Positions 35,091 to 47,541 of a stretch of 64,000 nt of DNA are shown here, piece by piece. This stretch comes from Paecilomyces variotii. Taxonomy: Eukaryota. The notes beneath the pieces were generated by a model. It had not been told where the DNA came from. It ran no database searches and was given only the letters and a program-made list of their open reading frames with translations. Where the stretch lies: NCBI GenBank assembly GCA_004022145.1, contig RCNU01000015.1; one strand, given 5' to 3'. A program made the translations under genes and the position numbers. Position 1 is the stretch's first letter. Every line of letters begins with the position of its first letter.

Positions 35091-36454
35091 ATGGCCTCAG
35101 AACGAACCGGGCTGGAGGTTCTCCGGGAAGCAACCATCGTTGATTGCGACACAATGGATGAAGAAGGTAGGCAGATCTGATAACAGCCATCCAAGATCAG
35201 CCGAAGTCTAGAGAAGCTGATATCACGGATAGTGGCAAAGAAACTGGGAAAATTCCAGGATTGTACCTCCAACCAGGTCAGAATCCCTTATATGCATGTT
35301 CTTGATAGTAGATATGGGATATTGACATCAGATCAATATAGGCAATTGCATATGGCGAACTTTCGAAACCGAAGCATGCGGACCTGCTTCGTGCTTCAGT
35401 GAAGGACGCAAAGGATCTCACCAACTCAGAACACTCTCCGAGTATTAGTCTGGCAGAATTGACAATCGAAATTGCGGTATTTCTCTGTGCTCCTAGTGAA
35501 TTTAGGCGCATTTATGGCTGATTTTCCTACTTTAGATGGTCCGGTTAGCTTTGAAGATTGCACCACACCTCACCGGTCGTGTTCACATACAAACGAATCC
35601 GTATTATTCTTACTCCACGGAAAAGACGATCTTGAATTCACAGAGTAGAAATTTTCTATCTGAAAAATCTATACCGTTCTGGTCACTAATCGAACTTACA
35701 GGGATTGTTCGTATTTTCCTCTACCTAAACCCAAGCTTCGACCCGTCTCGGATTTGCATCAAGATCCCCAGTACCTGGGAGGGCTTGATGGCTTGCCGCG
35801 CACTTGAACTGGAGGGAATCCCGACACTGGCCACCACTTTATTCGCCCTATGCCAAGCTGCTCTAGCAGCAGAAGTCGGCTGCACATACATCGCTCCATA
35901 TGTCAATCAGCTAAAAGTACATTTCCAACCAGGGTGAGTTGTGTGTATTCCTCAAACAACGCTGTAATAACACTGACCTCCATATTTCAGATTCGTGGAT
36001 CCTGCTAAACTCTTATCATTCTGTGTCTCCGTTCAACGCTACTACAAGGCTGTCGCAGTCACGAAAACTAAAGTTCTGCCAGCTAGTCTGACGTCGACCG
36101 AGGAGATATTTGCACTAAAGGGAGTCGACCACATTACTATTGCGCCTGGTCTTCTTGAGCAGTTAGCAAGCCCTGGCTCAGCACCGACTACCCCTTCTCT
36201 CTTCGACCAGGATGGAAGTGCGATCGAACCCGTACCGAAAGCAAAGATGTCTTACCTTAATGATCCCGCTGCGTATCGTTTGGCGTTTGCGAGAGATCTC
36301 AATGGTGAAAGTGCGGGAAAGCTTGCCCAGGTAAGTCCTAGAATCAATCCATGTGCATTGCTTAGGCTAAGGCTAGGAATTGAAGGCAATCAGTATATTC
36401 TGCGACATGCAGGATAAATTAGAACAGCTCGTGACTCCTTTCCTTGAAGAGTAA
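35091..36454 (+). CDS. Transaldolase-family protein (divergent paralog)
   Basis: VDCDT, DCTSNQAI, Schiff-base CIKIPSTWEG, TLATTLF and YIAPYVN motifs; about 7 exons; stop TAA at 36452-36454. Confidence 0.88.
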
Positions 36455-37099
36455 AACTGTCTCAGAGCAACGCTTTTTACCTGTAGGAACAGTCCAGATG
36501 AAACGCATGCATTTTCGATTAGAGTCCTTCTTTTGAAGCTGCTCATTGGTTCGATGCTTATAGAATTGCGTGGTTCTCAATCCTGCATCACCTACGGCAG
36601 AGAAGGGAGCATTCATGTTAGTAATTGTAGGTCTAGAGTGAATCATATTCTCTTTTCCATAGGGACACATTTTAATTTAATGTATCAGAATGCCCGAAAT
36701 AGTTGAAGGAGTTAGCTGATGTCTATGATGAACAGAAAAAAAAATATACAACTAAGTCCGGCCCTACTTAAGTATCGGAGTCAAATCTCGGCCGCCGATC
36801 TACCCCAGATTTTCGTCACGTGGGTACGACAGAAATTTGTTCCTGGACGTCATCGCACCGCGGGGATTCCAATTCTCCATCCTATCTTCCATCTAGACAC
36901 TCAATTGATCATCAGGAGAATAGACGTGGATGGTTCATCCCATATTGTTGCCGCATTTATCTTATTTCCTTCCGTGGACCTTTCTCTCTCCTCTCTCCCT
37001 CCCTCCCATGTTGTCCTAGCGCGAGCATTCTAGTGGGATTAACTGGAACGTCTGTCGGAATCGCATCGCATAGAGCTCTACTATCCTCGCAATCCCACA

Positions 37100-38270
37100 A
37101 TGTTCCCCCCGCAGGCGGGCAATATTGACATTGAAGCCCTCAGTGGTATCTGTGGGTATGTTTCTGCAGGTCTATATTCGTTCAGCATACCTTTTCCCAT
37201 AACCACTCCCACCCATATTCTTTTGAGTCATAGCATGCGTGCAAACGGTTAACGTATTGTATTGCTTGTCCCATAGTTCCATCTCCATTGCCTGCTGGGT
37301 CGTCGTCTTCTCCCCACAGATCATCGAAAACTTCCGCCGCAGCTCCGCAGATGGACTATCGGTGCTCTTCGTCGTCGTCTGGCTCGCCGGAGATGTATTC
37401 AATATTCTAGGCGCAGTGCTGCAGGGCGTCCTGCCTACGATGACCATCCTCGCCGTATATTATACACTGGCGGATATCGTACTGCTTGGGCAGTGCTTCT
37501 ACTACCGTGGTTTTACGTTATCTGATAATATCCCCGTGAAGGATCACCAGAGAGATCGAGAGAACGCAACGCCGACGGAGCGATCAGCGCTGCTGGGAAA
37601 TAACCTTGAGAACGGTAATGGCCGTGCGAATGGACGCCATGAGGATACATCTTCACTATTGCACCCGCAAGTGCAGCGCCGGCTCTCTACCACCGACGCA
37701 GCTCATCTATCCCCCGCGACCCCCTTCATCGAACCATCTCCATCTCAGGCTCCATCCAAAAAGCCTTCTACTCTCCAAGCATTTTTCTTCAACAGCTCTG
37801 CCATAGTCCTCGTCTGCGCTGCCGGTATTCTCGGATGGTACGTCAGCTCCCGTTCGACTAGTCAGCATACCAAGAAGCACAAGGGCCATGCATCCCACGA
37901 GCCCTTGACGTTCGATACTCTGGGCCAGGTATTCGGATACCTCTGCGCAGCCCTCTACCTTGGTTCGCGCCTTCCCCAACTGCTGCTGAACTTCCGTCGG
38001 AAGTCCACTGAGGGAGTGTCTATGCTATTTTTCCTATTCGCCTGCATTGGAAACTTGACCTACGTGCTCTCGATCTTCGCATACTCGCCTCCCTGCGAGC
38101 ATGGAAAACACCATTGCGAACCTGGAGAGGCAGCTTCCCTCTACGGTAAATATATCCTGGTCAATCTATCCTGGTTGCTCGGTAGTCTTGGAACCTTACT
38201 ACTAGACTTGGGCATCTTCGTGCAGTTCTTCCTCTATAGAAAGAACGGAGATCAACATGTGGTAGCCTGA
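37100..38270 (+). CDS. PQ-loop vacuolar basic amino-acid transporter (Ypq1/Rtc2-like)
   Basis: Two PQ loops (FSPQIIENFRR, RLPQLLLNFRR) and 7 TM segments; one intron at about 37156-37275. Confidence 0.92.
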
Positions 38271-38867
38271 CCGCTGTTTTCACAAGGGGGTCTCAATGAG
38301 TCATTGAGAGAAAAGGAAAACCATGTTCATAATAGACGGTGGATGTGATGGTTAATGTTTCGATCTTACTTGAAATCTCGGGGATATAAAGAAGCTATCT
38401 ATACGGGCTCAAGGCGTTTACGTGGCGATGATAATCAGGATCATCTATACTGTTATTACTGGAGTTGGATATGGATATGGTGCTTTCACTAGCTAAGATT
38501 TGTATTTTTTTACCCCCTTATGGTCTGAAATACTCGTACATACGAATATCAAAAAGCTATTAAAGACAAGAAATTGAAGTCGAATATCAAACACGCTCAC
38601 TTCCATATTAGGATCTGCACCATAGGCCAGCTTCCTGATAAGTAACGCGTGTCACAATAACCCCGCTGCTGCTAAGAAAAAGAAATAGTCTTGACATAGC
38701 AAGAACCAGCAGCCTCCATTACCATTACTCCATGTGCATGCAAAGTGGGGAATTTCGCTTTTCAGGTCATCTCATTATCTTTTCTCGTCTCGTCTCGCTG
38801 TCTCATGGCACGTCATGATATCTCGAAGAAAAAGCAAACTTCCGTTGGTTGTTGGATTTGATGTAAT

Positions 38868-40403
38868 TTAATCAGTAGGAGGCTTGGGCTCGACTTTCCC
38901 CTTGCCGACCTCAGACCAGTTCGTGCTGAGCGCGGTGCCCTGGCTCTCGTAATAGCTCTTCACCATCGCACGACGGGTGTCGGGGTCCGCGTTCGCGTAT
39001 AGCTTCTTGAAGAAACCATCGACAGGGTCGCCGGAACCGTAGTCGGAATCGATGGACTCCGCGTCAGAATCGCCAGTGGCGTCGTCTTTGGCTTTGCCTT
39101 TGCCGTTATCCTTGTCCTTGGACTTTTCTTTCTTCTTGGAAGTGAGATCGGTAGCTAGTTTGTCCCAGTCCTTAACGCCGTGACGGGAGGAGGTCGGGTA
39201 TGCGGGACCCTGGGCGGTAGAGCTAGAAGCAGTGGTCGAGGTACTGGGTGCGGCAGATGCGATAGAGGAGCGATCAGCGAGCTTCTCAGTGGAGGTGGCC
39301 TCGAGGACGCTCCATTTCTGACCAGCGACTTTCTTGCGCAGGACGACTTCGATCTTGGTGGACATGACAGTGTATTTAGAGGCAGAAGGGTCAATCGCCG
39401 CGAAGAGAGGGTCGAGGGAGAAGGTAAACTGGGCGCCAGATGGCTGTGGGAATTCGATAGATATCTATTCAGGCCCTTTGTTAGTATGCTCATAAGTCAT
39501 TGAGTAGACGGGTGATTTTTGCGAGTCACGTACCGAATCATCCTTAAACTCGACCTCCACTTTATCTTTCGGCACACCCTTCACGTACAGTGTGAGGACC
39601 ACGGAATCGTTGCTCTGATACCATTCATGGCGGACCTTGCTTTGGGGCACAATGGGTGTCGACGCAGCAGGGCTTGGAGCAGCCGGTCCTGCAGTGAAAG
39701 GAGCAGAGGATCCAGGAACAGGATCAAGGAGGGTCTCTTTGGTACGGTCCGCTCCGACAGGAGTTTCAGCTCTCTCTTTTCCTGCGGCTGCCTTCTTGTC
39801 ATCCACTGCACTCTTCGACGTCCCCTCACCGATTCCCTCCAAGCTCTTTTTGATCTCCTCAGCAGTAGGGATGTGCACATTTTCAGGATATTCCTTGACT
39901 GTAACGGCCCTCTTCTCATCCCCCTCCGCCAAGCTCTTCAGCTTGCCATTGACCTTCATCGTCCAGATCGGCAACTCCTGCTCAAATGAGTTCTTCGAAG
40001 AACGTCCCGGACCACCTTGAGCCATAGCCTCCTTCACATCATTCTCCTTGCTTGGTGGCGGCTTGCTCGCATTGATCTTGTCCTGAACGAGACCAAAAAT
40101 ATATGCTGCATCGCCGTACCTCTCAAGCTGGTACAGCGCAACAGCACGCCTCATCTGGGCAGACAGGATCAGTTCACGCTTTCCACGCTCACGAGCAAGC
40201 ACAAGAGCAATGTCAGCATCTCCAAGAGCAGCCTCGTACTTTGGACCTCCATCCGCAGGCTTGAGACGCGAGTAAGCAGTGGATCGTTTGATGTAATAGG
40301 TCGGAGCGCGGGGTAGTTCGAGGAGGGCGCGAGTGAAGTTCTGTATAGCAGAAGCCCAGTCAGATTTCGCTAGGGCGTCATCGCCCTTCCCTGCGAAATT
40401 CAT
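38868..40403 (-). CDS. SGT1: SGT1 co-chaperone (TPR-CS-SGS)
   Basis: N-terminal TPR, CS domain VRHEWYQS...TKIEVVLRK and SGS motif DTRRAMVKSYYESQGTALSTNW; one intron at about 39467-39533. Confidence 0.95.
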
Positions 40404-41032
40404 ATCTCACGGTTCGTGTCTCACGCGACTATCACTATCACAGACGCGGCGGTGATTCTGCTGATGAGGGGTCTGTGTATCTTCTGGCACTGTTGAGCCA
40501 GACAGTAGTCCGAGGAAGAGAGACAAACCTAGCGTAATAAGAGACAACAGAAAAGTTAGGAGATATTTCTCAGAGCTTGGAGGCTTCCAGAATTCATGTT
40601 TTTGTGAAAACAAAGAGAATCGTCCGCAGTCTGGAGCTCTGTTCTACCGCTTTCTTCGGAGCTCGGAGCTTGCGGGGAAGCTCCAAGCTCTGCACGTGAT
40701 TGGATTAACCAACGGTATCTTATCGATAGAGCCATCAAACAATAAATATTGGGCCATAATAATTGAGAGAGATTGTCAGTAATTGAGCAGTTATAGACGT
40801 CCCGTAGTATCCTAGTTATCATTAGCAGATAATATGCTTAAGAGATATCACTAACAAGACACTAGTAGTTGAATAGAAGAAACTCTGGGGAAAAAAGATT
40901 CCAGATGGAAGATCTCGTTATGAACATATTAGAAATTAATAAAGAGCTATTGTTACATCTCCCCATAGACATGAGAGGGGCAATAGTGTAGGAAAGCAGA
41001 GACTTTTCATATCAAACCGGCAACATTTTCGG

Positions 41033-43433
41033 TCAGATGCTTTCATTGCCAAATGTCTTGGCATAAAGACCCAAGGCTCTGATGGGCCAGTACAACTTGT
41101 AATTCGGGTATGAAATCATGCTAGTGTTGATTAGCATCCGACGAATCTCGAGAAGCACAGCGTTATACATACCAAGACTGGTTAAAAACACCTTCGATAG
41201 CCTCCTGCAGCCATTCACCATTCATCTGCTGTCGCGACATTATCAATTTGATACCTCTGCGGATGGGCTCTGGGTTGGGGTACTCGGCCTCCATGAGAGC
41301 AAGACAGGCCCAGGCAGTCTGCACGACCTGAGAGGTCTGGTGCTGAACGTAAACGTGCCTCTCAGAACTAAGATAGGATTCGCCCCAACCTCCGTCCTCC
41401 TTCTGCTTCGACAGCAGAAACTCGCAACCACGACGCGAATAGTCGCTAGTAGCGTACGTCTCTCCAATGCTGGTGAGACTCTCGAGGGCGAACATGGCAG
41501 CATAAGTGAAGCAAATGCCCCACGATCCGTACCAGCTACCATCAGCTCTCTGCACGCGTTTGATAAACTTCACGGCCTTTTCCTTCACGGCCCTGATCTC
41601 GTCAGCGCGATAATCTGGGTAGAACTGGCTGAACAAGGACAGAGCCGTCACAGTGGCAGTTGTGCATTCGGGGTAGTCATGGCTAACCATGATACCACCA
41701 AAAACCTCGGCAGCATTCAACATCTCCAGCTTCTCTGAACCACGCGCGTTTTCGTATTCACTGAAGCCTCCAGACGGATTCTGCATGAGCAACAGGCAGT
41801 CAACGGCGTCCTTCAAACGTTCAGCGGAGATGATCTTCTCATAGCCGTGCATTTCCTGAAGCTGAATTGTAGACCTCAGCCCTTCCGCCGTGCAGTCGGT
41901 GACTACGTATCCCTGAGTCTTTGTGCTGAATGGCCAGGCGCCCTTACGGTGCTGGCGGTAACACTTATCCTGATCTGGGACGTTCTCGCGAATCTGATGA
42001 TCTTCGAAGAATTCCAGGGCCTTGGTAAGCATCGGTCTCCATTTCGGATCATCTGCAAACCCGGCCACGACAATGGCCTGCGTTATGAAGGCAGTATCCC
42101 AGATTTGCACTCCGTTGGTGCCATTGGCCAGCATACCCTCGTTTTTCACCCACATATAGTCGTTCAGACGCTCACGGTGGCGACGGACAGAGTAACTATC
42201 TGGACCATCATGCAGGTAACAGGCTACCATGTTCATCGGGTTGTTGACTGGCCCGAGTCCCGCATAATCAGTATTCTCATCCTCCATCCGGATGAGCTCC
42301 CAAGTCCAGTCCTCTGCACGCTTTTTCACGAAGGATGGTCGAAGATAAGGGTTCCAGAGCTTCACGAGGAACCAGTTAGCCGCGTTGAGGATCCAAGTCT
42401 TTGGGTAATAATTGTCGGCTTCAGCGATGGAGCAACGATGGGCAGCAAAATCGATGCTATCATAGGGCTGCGTATAGAGCTCTTCCCGAAGCTGCTTGGT
42501 GAGCGGGTCCAGAGGATGGGTGAATCTCTTCGACCACAGGTAACCCATAGGGAGGAAAACCTGGCGCATATGAATCCACCATCTCCAAGGAGCAAAAGGA
42601 ACCCAGTCTGGAAGGAGCCTAGACATGAAATGAGTTTAAAGAACAGCGAAGCATCATCAAAGATAACTAAACATACCAGAGCTCAGGAGGAACAGGGTTC
42701 ACACACTCCCAGTCCATGACACCAAGCACGCTGAGCCAGAATTTGGCCCAGTGAGGTCCATAGATGGCACCTCCAAAGCTGTGCAGCAGACCACGCGCCT
42801 TCACCATACGGGGGTCTTCCTCACTCACGCCAAGGAGACGCAAGGTGACGTAGTTCATTGCCGTGCCGAAGACCGAACTGTGAGCCTCAATATGCAGACC
42901 CCAGCCACCATCCACGGGATGCTGCCGATGGAACAGATATCGTCTGATCTCAATTGCATACTCCGGCGGGATTGGGGTGTTTGTGACATAGTAAGTGATG
43001 ATGATACCTGGCAGCAGGAACATTGGACCACCATACTCACACGCCCAGTTTCCCGGCTCTAGCTGCAACTGAGAGAAGAAAGACAAGCCATTCTCGGCTG
43101 CCTGCAGCGGAGTAGTCGCCCGGGGTAGCTCGGGCAATCCCTGTGGTAGATTCAGTCTCAGATTCTCCTTGAACCAATCAAATGCATGGAGAAAGTGATG
43201 CATACCGTAGGAAGCCCAAGATGATACTTGTCGGCCACTGTTTGAGGCCATGCATTGTTCTCATCGTCAGACTCGAGATAATGCCATGTCTGACGGCCAC
43301 TGTCATCACGAAGTCTCCAACGCGAATAGTCTGTTTTGGGATCGCCGTTCTCATCGGTGGTCAGATGGCCCTGGGCCTCGGTCCTCCAAGGACCGATATG
43401 GCTGTTGGCAATCTGTTGGGTTTCTTGAGACAT
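41033..43433 (-). CDS. ERG7: Oxidosqualene-lanosterol cyclase
   Basis: DCTAE catalytic motif, QW repeats (Qxx[14 protein letters not shown]) and [10 protein letters not shown]; 4 exons. Confidence 0.97.
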
Positions 43434-44128
43434 TTTGGAATATGAAGCCCCTTGTTGTACTCAGAAATGGACAGCAAGACTCATTCCGCGGCGACCTACT
43501 CTCCAAGGATGCTCGTTTCCAAGTATCTCGACGGAAGCAAAGCAATTGAGTCGGCTCTGGGAGGTCCCTGGAATTAATACAACTGCCTGGTTTCCGGGGG
43601 GAAGATGAAGCTTCAGATCCACAATTGTCCTTCTTCAGCTGAGTCATCAGGGGTTGTGGCTTGTGATTGGTCTAAATCCTCCCACGCCCGCGCTTAGATA
43701 GCAGATGGCGCTAATTCACCATCAACAACCGTACAATCTTCAGACGAGCAGCGCTTATATGAGACAAAATGTTATGATCAGACGATATATGATAGTTTGT
43801 TTTCAGACAATAGTTTGTCTGTTGAGCACATTGATGCTCACTCCCTTGTGCAGTTAGGGGTACAATCTACATGGACCTGGGACTCTTTTTATTTGACGTA
43901 TTTACAATTATGTGAATGCTCTAACATTTTCTTTGTAAATCATTTGTTTTTAATTTTCATTATTGCTGTAGTAGCATGTCTGGAGGTAAGGACCGCGAAA
44001 AGCATTCATAGATGGGTGGGCGGCAATACTGCTGTGTGTCAATGCCAAACTTCCCGACATCATCTTATTCACAAAGAGACGGAGCTTAGTACAGTACTCA
44101 AACTGTCCTCGGATATCCTCCATTCAAT

Positions 44129-45646
44129 ATGGCTTTCCCCAGTAGTCGCTATCCTGTTGTTCTATCCCCAAACTCAGGCCCCCCTCCCTCCAGCAATGCA
44201 GAGCAACGACCAGAAGACCGTGTCCGAAACTTCATCAGCCAACTCCTCGAAACCACAGTTGACGAGCTTATGAAACCCAACGGACGACCATTTATCCTCC
44301 TTAAACGACGATCTAACCGCGGAGATTACTTTATCAATCCTCACAATGCAGCTCTCGAAGCCCGCGAAGAGGATAAAGCAATAATGTACTCGTGGCCTGG
44401 AGACAGTGCTTATGAAGCGTGGAGATTCAGTACGGACTCAGCTCGCGATGGATAAGTATACACGCTAAGATTTTTGACGTTAATACTTCAATAGCTGTGT
44501 CGATTCGAGTACTAGGAGTCATTGCAGACGCACTTCGCAACAACATCACGACGTCGAAGAGGTACCGCCATGACCCATATACATGCTTGATGGCGACTTG
44601 TCTAATTATCACTCTTCAAGAGATATATACTATAGTGACCCCATCTACTTCGGTTCCCAGCGAGTTGTCGATACCCTTGTAGACGACATAGCGTATACTA
44701 TTGGGGTCGACCGTGCTGCTCTTCACGTGGTAAGTTTGTGTAAAGGGAAAACTCAGGTCTGGAAATCTAATGCGGAATCAAAGACAGCAGCAGCGAAAGG
44801 ACTAATGGCAGGTGACTTCTCTCTGGCCTTAAAATTGGGGAACATCCTAGATATTGGTGCAGCATCCGAGGTTAGCTTATGCAAGATGATCCTCCGATGA
44901 CTGGTACTGAAATCGAGAAGGATTTTCTCATCCCCGACGCAGAAGGTGTTGACGAGATCATAATATTCGATATACGATGGGTGCTAATAGTTGAAAAAGA
45001 GGCAAGTTGTTCGGACTCAGGTATACAATACATGCTGGCGTCTAATCAATACGACAGGCTATCTTTCACAGATTGACACGAAGCCGCTATCATATTTCCT
45101 CAAGGGCCGGAAAAGGAATCATCATAACCGTAAGACTGCAAACAAAACTTGCTGTTTTCGAAGCTCATCGAATGACAGGGAAAAGGCTATCCCGACATCA
45201 ACACTCGCGCATTCATCCGTCTCCTTTCAGAAACCAAGTCCTTCATGCAAGACACTCCGCATTTGTATGCTCTTGTGGACAGCGATCCTGACGGAATGGC
45301 AATCATGTCCACATACAAGTACGGCTCAATGACACAGGCGCACGAGAATGCCAGGCTCAACGTGTCTGGTATCTGCTGGCTTGGTCTGCGGACATCAGAC
45401 GTAGTAGCCGGCGCTGACCCGCAAGGAGACGAGGCGCTGATGCCACTAAGCGTAAGAGACAGGCAGAAGGCAGTTGCTATACTTAGAAATAACCCTGTTT
45501 TTGCGGAGGACGGACCAGAGCCGCAGTGGCGGACTGAACTGCAGCAAATGCTCATGCTCAATTTGAAGGCTGAAACGGAAGTGCTGTATGACCGAGACCA
45601 AGGTCTCGAAGGGTGGATCGACCAGCAGATTCGGAAGTATCTCTAA
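44129..45646 (+). CDS. SPO11: Meiotic double-strand-break topoisomerase-VIA-like protein Spo11
   Basis: RDIYY catalytic tyrosine motif, AAKGL, Toprim VEKEAIF, GKGYPD, LVDSDPDG and KAETE; 7 exons join in frame. Confidence 0.93.
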
Positions 45647-45894
45647 GTCTATATTCTCACTGTCGTATAATATCAATATAATAGATAACGGTAGAGAACC
45701 ACCTCTCATAACTCCTCGCTGTATAATAATGATAGGAGGTATCAAGTCTAACAGCACCCTACCGAGAACAGCAGAGCATCAGGATAATCGAAGAACGCCA
45801 CATAACGCCCGCAATGAATGCTCGACCAACTCATGACATGCGACAGCATCACGCTGGCCAAAGCGCATGATCGAATGTCACTCATGAAGACGTA

Positions 45895-46492
45895 TCACAG
45901 CCCCAGTCCCCTCCTCACCTCCTCCCTAACCTTCTTTTCATACTCATCCCTCCTCTCTCTCCACATCTTCGCGGCCTCTACGTTGGCGGGACTCTCATCA
46001 TTCGGCTCCGCAAGCATACTCATAACAGAAATCAAAATCTTCTCAACACTCTGAATAGGCGACCATCGCTCGGAGGCGTGCTCGTAGTGGTTGGGGTCAT
46101 CGCCAGGCGGGTGGAGGATGGAGATACACACAGTTCCATTGGGATATACTAAATCAAGGCACAACGATGTCAGTTTCTCAATTCTCATCGCTATAAACCA
46201 TCCACAAAGCCGGTCAAAGCAAATAGGGCTAGGTATGCTCACCATTCGGATGCCACACTCCACCACCAACAAACTTCATCGTAGGGGGACTGAGCGGATA
46301 ATCCTTCGGGAACTTGAGCTCTGCAGCAAACACTCCTCCTTCAAAGGGAGTGCCCTCCGGTCCTTGAATAAGCGCCTCCCAGAGAAACATGTCATCCTCG
46401 TTGACGGGACCGGCAGTGATGCCCTCGGGAGGGTTCACGGATAGGTTGCGGTACTCATGGAAGAGTCGCTTCTGCGCTACTGAGGACGCCAT
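45895..46492 (-). CDS. UBC7: Ubiquitin-conjugating enzyme E2 (Ubc7/UBE2G2)
   Basis: [34 protein letters not shown], the Ubc7-type acidic-loop insertion; one intron. Confidence 0.96.
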
Positions 46493-47541
46493 AATGAGAT
46501 TGCGATTGTGTCTCGTTCTAAAGTGGACGCGAGAGGGAAAGTGATCTCGTGTTGCGGATGCTCTGGCGGTTAAGTACTCAGCGCGCCGACTGCGGAAGTG
46601 GGGTATTGGTCTGGTTGAAGGTACTCGCAGGAAGAGCAGTGGCGAAAAGGAATGTCAGCGAGGGGGTGTATAGATGTATTTAAAGAGAAGGGTATGTAGG
46701 AATGATAGCACTCTTATAAGAGAGGTAGAAAGGTCAGAGATGAGCAGAGAGGACAGTTCCTGAGACCTTGGCGACCTCCGTCCGCGGAGGCCGTATCGGC
46801 AGTAGTGTTCCATAAGCGGATGGCCGGCATCGATCGACGTCCAAGGGACCTCATCGCCGTATCCAAAACTTACCGATCTCTACCACCCAGAAATAATAAT
46901 TATTCAGTGGCGCAGCATAATTAACTTATGGTAGACATATCATTCAGTCATCTTCCAATCAATAACTCCTGCACTTTTATTGCCTCAAGCTCGCTATGTA
47001 TAAATTTCCAACAAACAGCTCCTCTTATTCTCTGTACAATACAACCAAAGATAATAACCCCACAATCTAGATATGATTTATATTTCCCACAACTTTAAAC
47101 CATGGCAAACAACAATCTTGTTCTGAATGGACAAAATCTTAGGATGAGACTATTCCTCCTCGATTTATGTAGATCACGTAATCAAATGTATAGCCCATAC
47201 GCGGACGGAACGGAGATTTCTCTATCTTATAACAAAATATTCATATACCGTGCAATGTTTCCGAATAGCGTTATTGGACGAAGGTTGCCCGAAAAGAGAG
47301 AATATCATTTTGGCATCAAGTCTTCCTTATAGAACAGATAAACTGCTTCACAGAATGGTAACTACATCAAGTTGAAATATATATATAAAAAAAAAGAAAA
47401 AAAAGAAACGAAATCCAATATATATAACAGACAATCCTCCGACAGACAACTCATATACTGACACAAGACTACAAGATACAATGAAATATGATACGGCACA
47501 AGAGAAATCAAATCATGTACACGAAGATCGATGCACAGCAT

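Noticed and set aside
41847..42719. 290-aa plus-strand ORF
   Set aside because: Antisense shadow of the ERG7 coding exon; no recognisable motifs.
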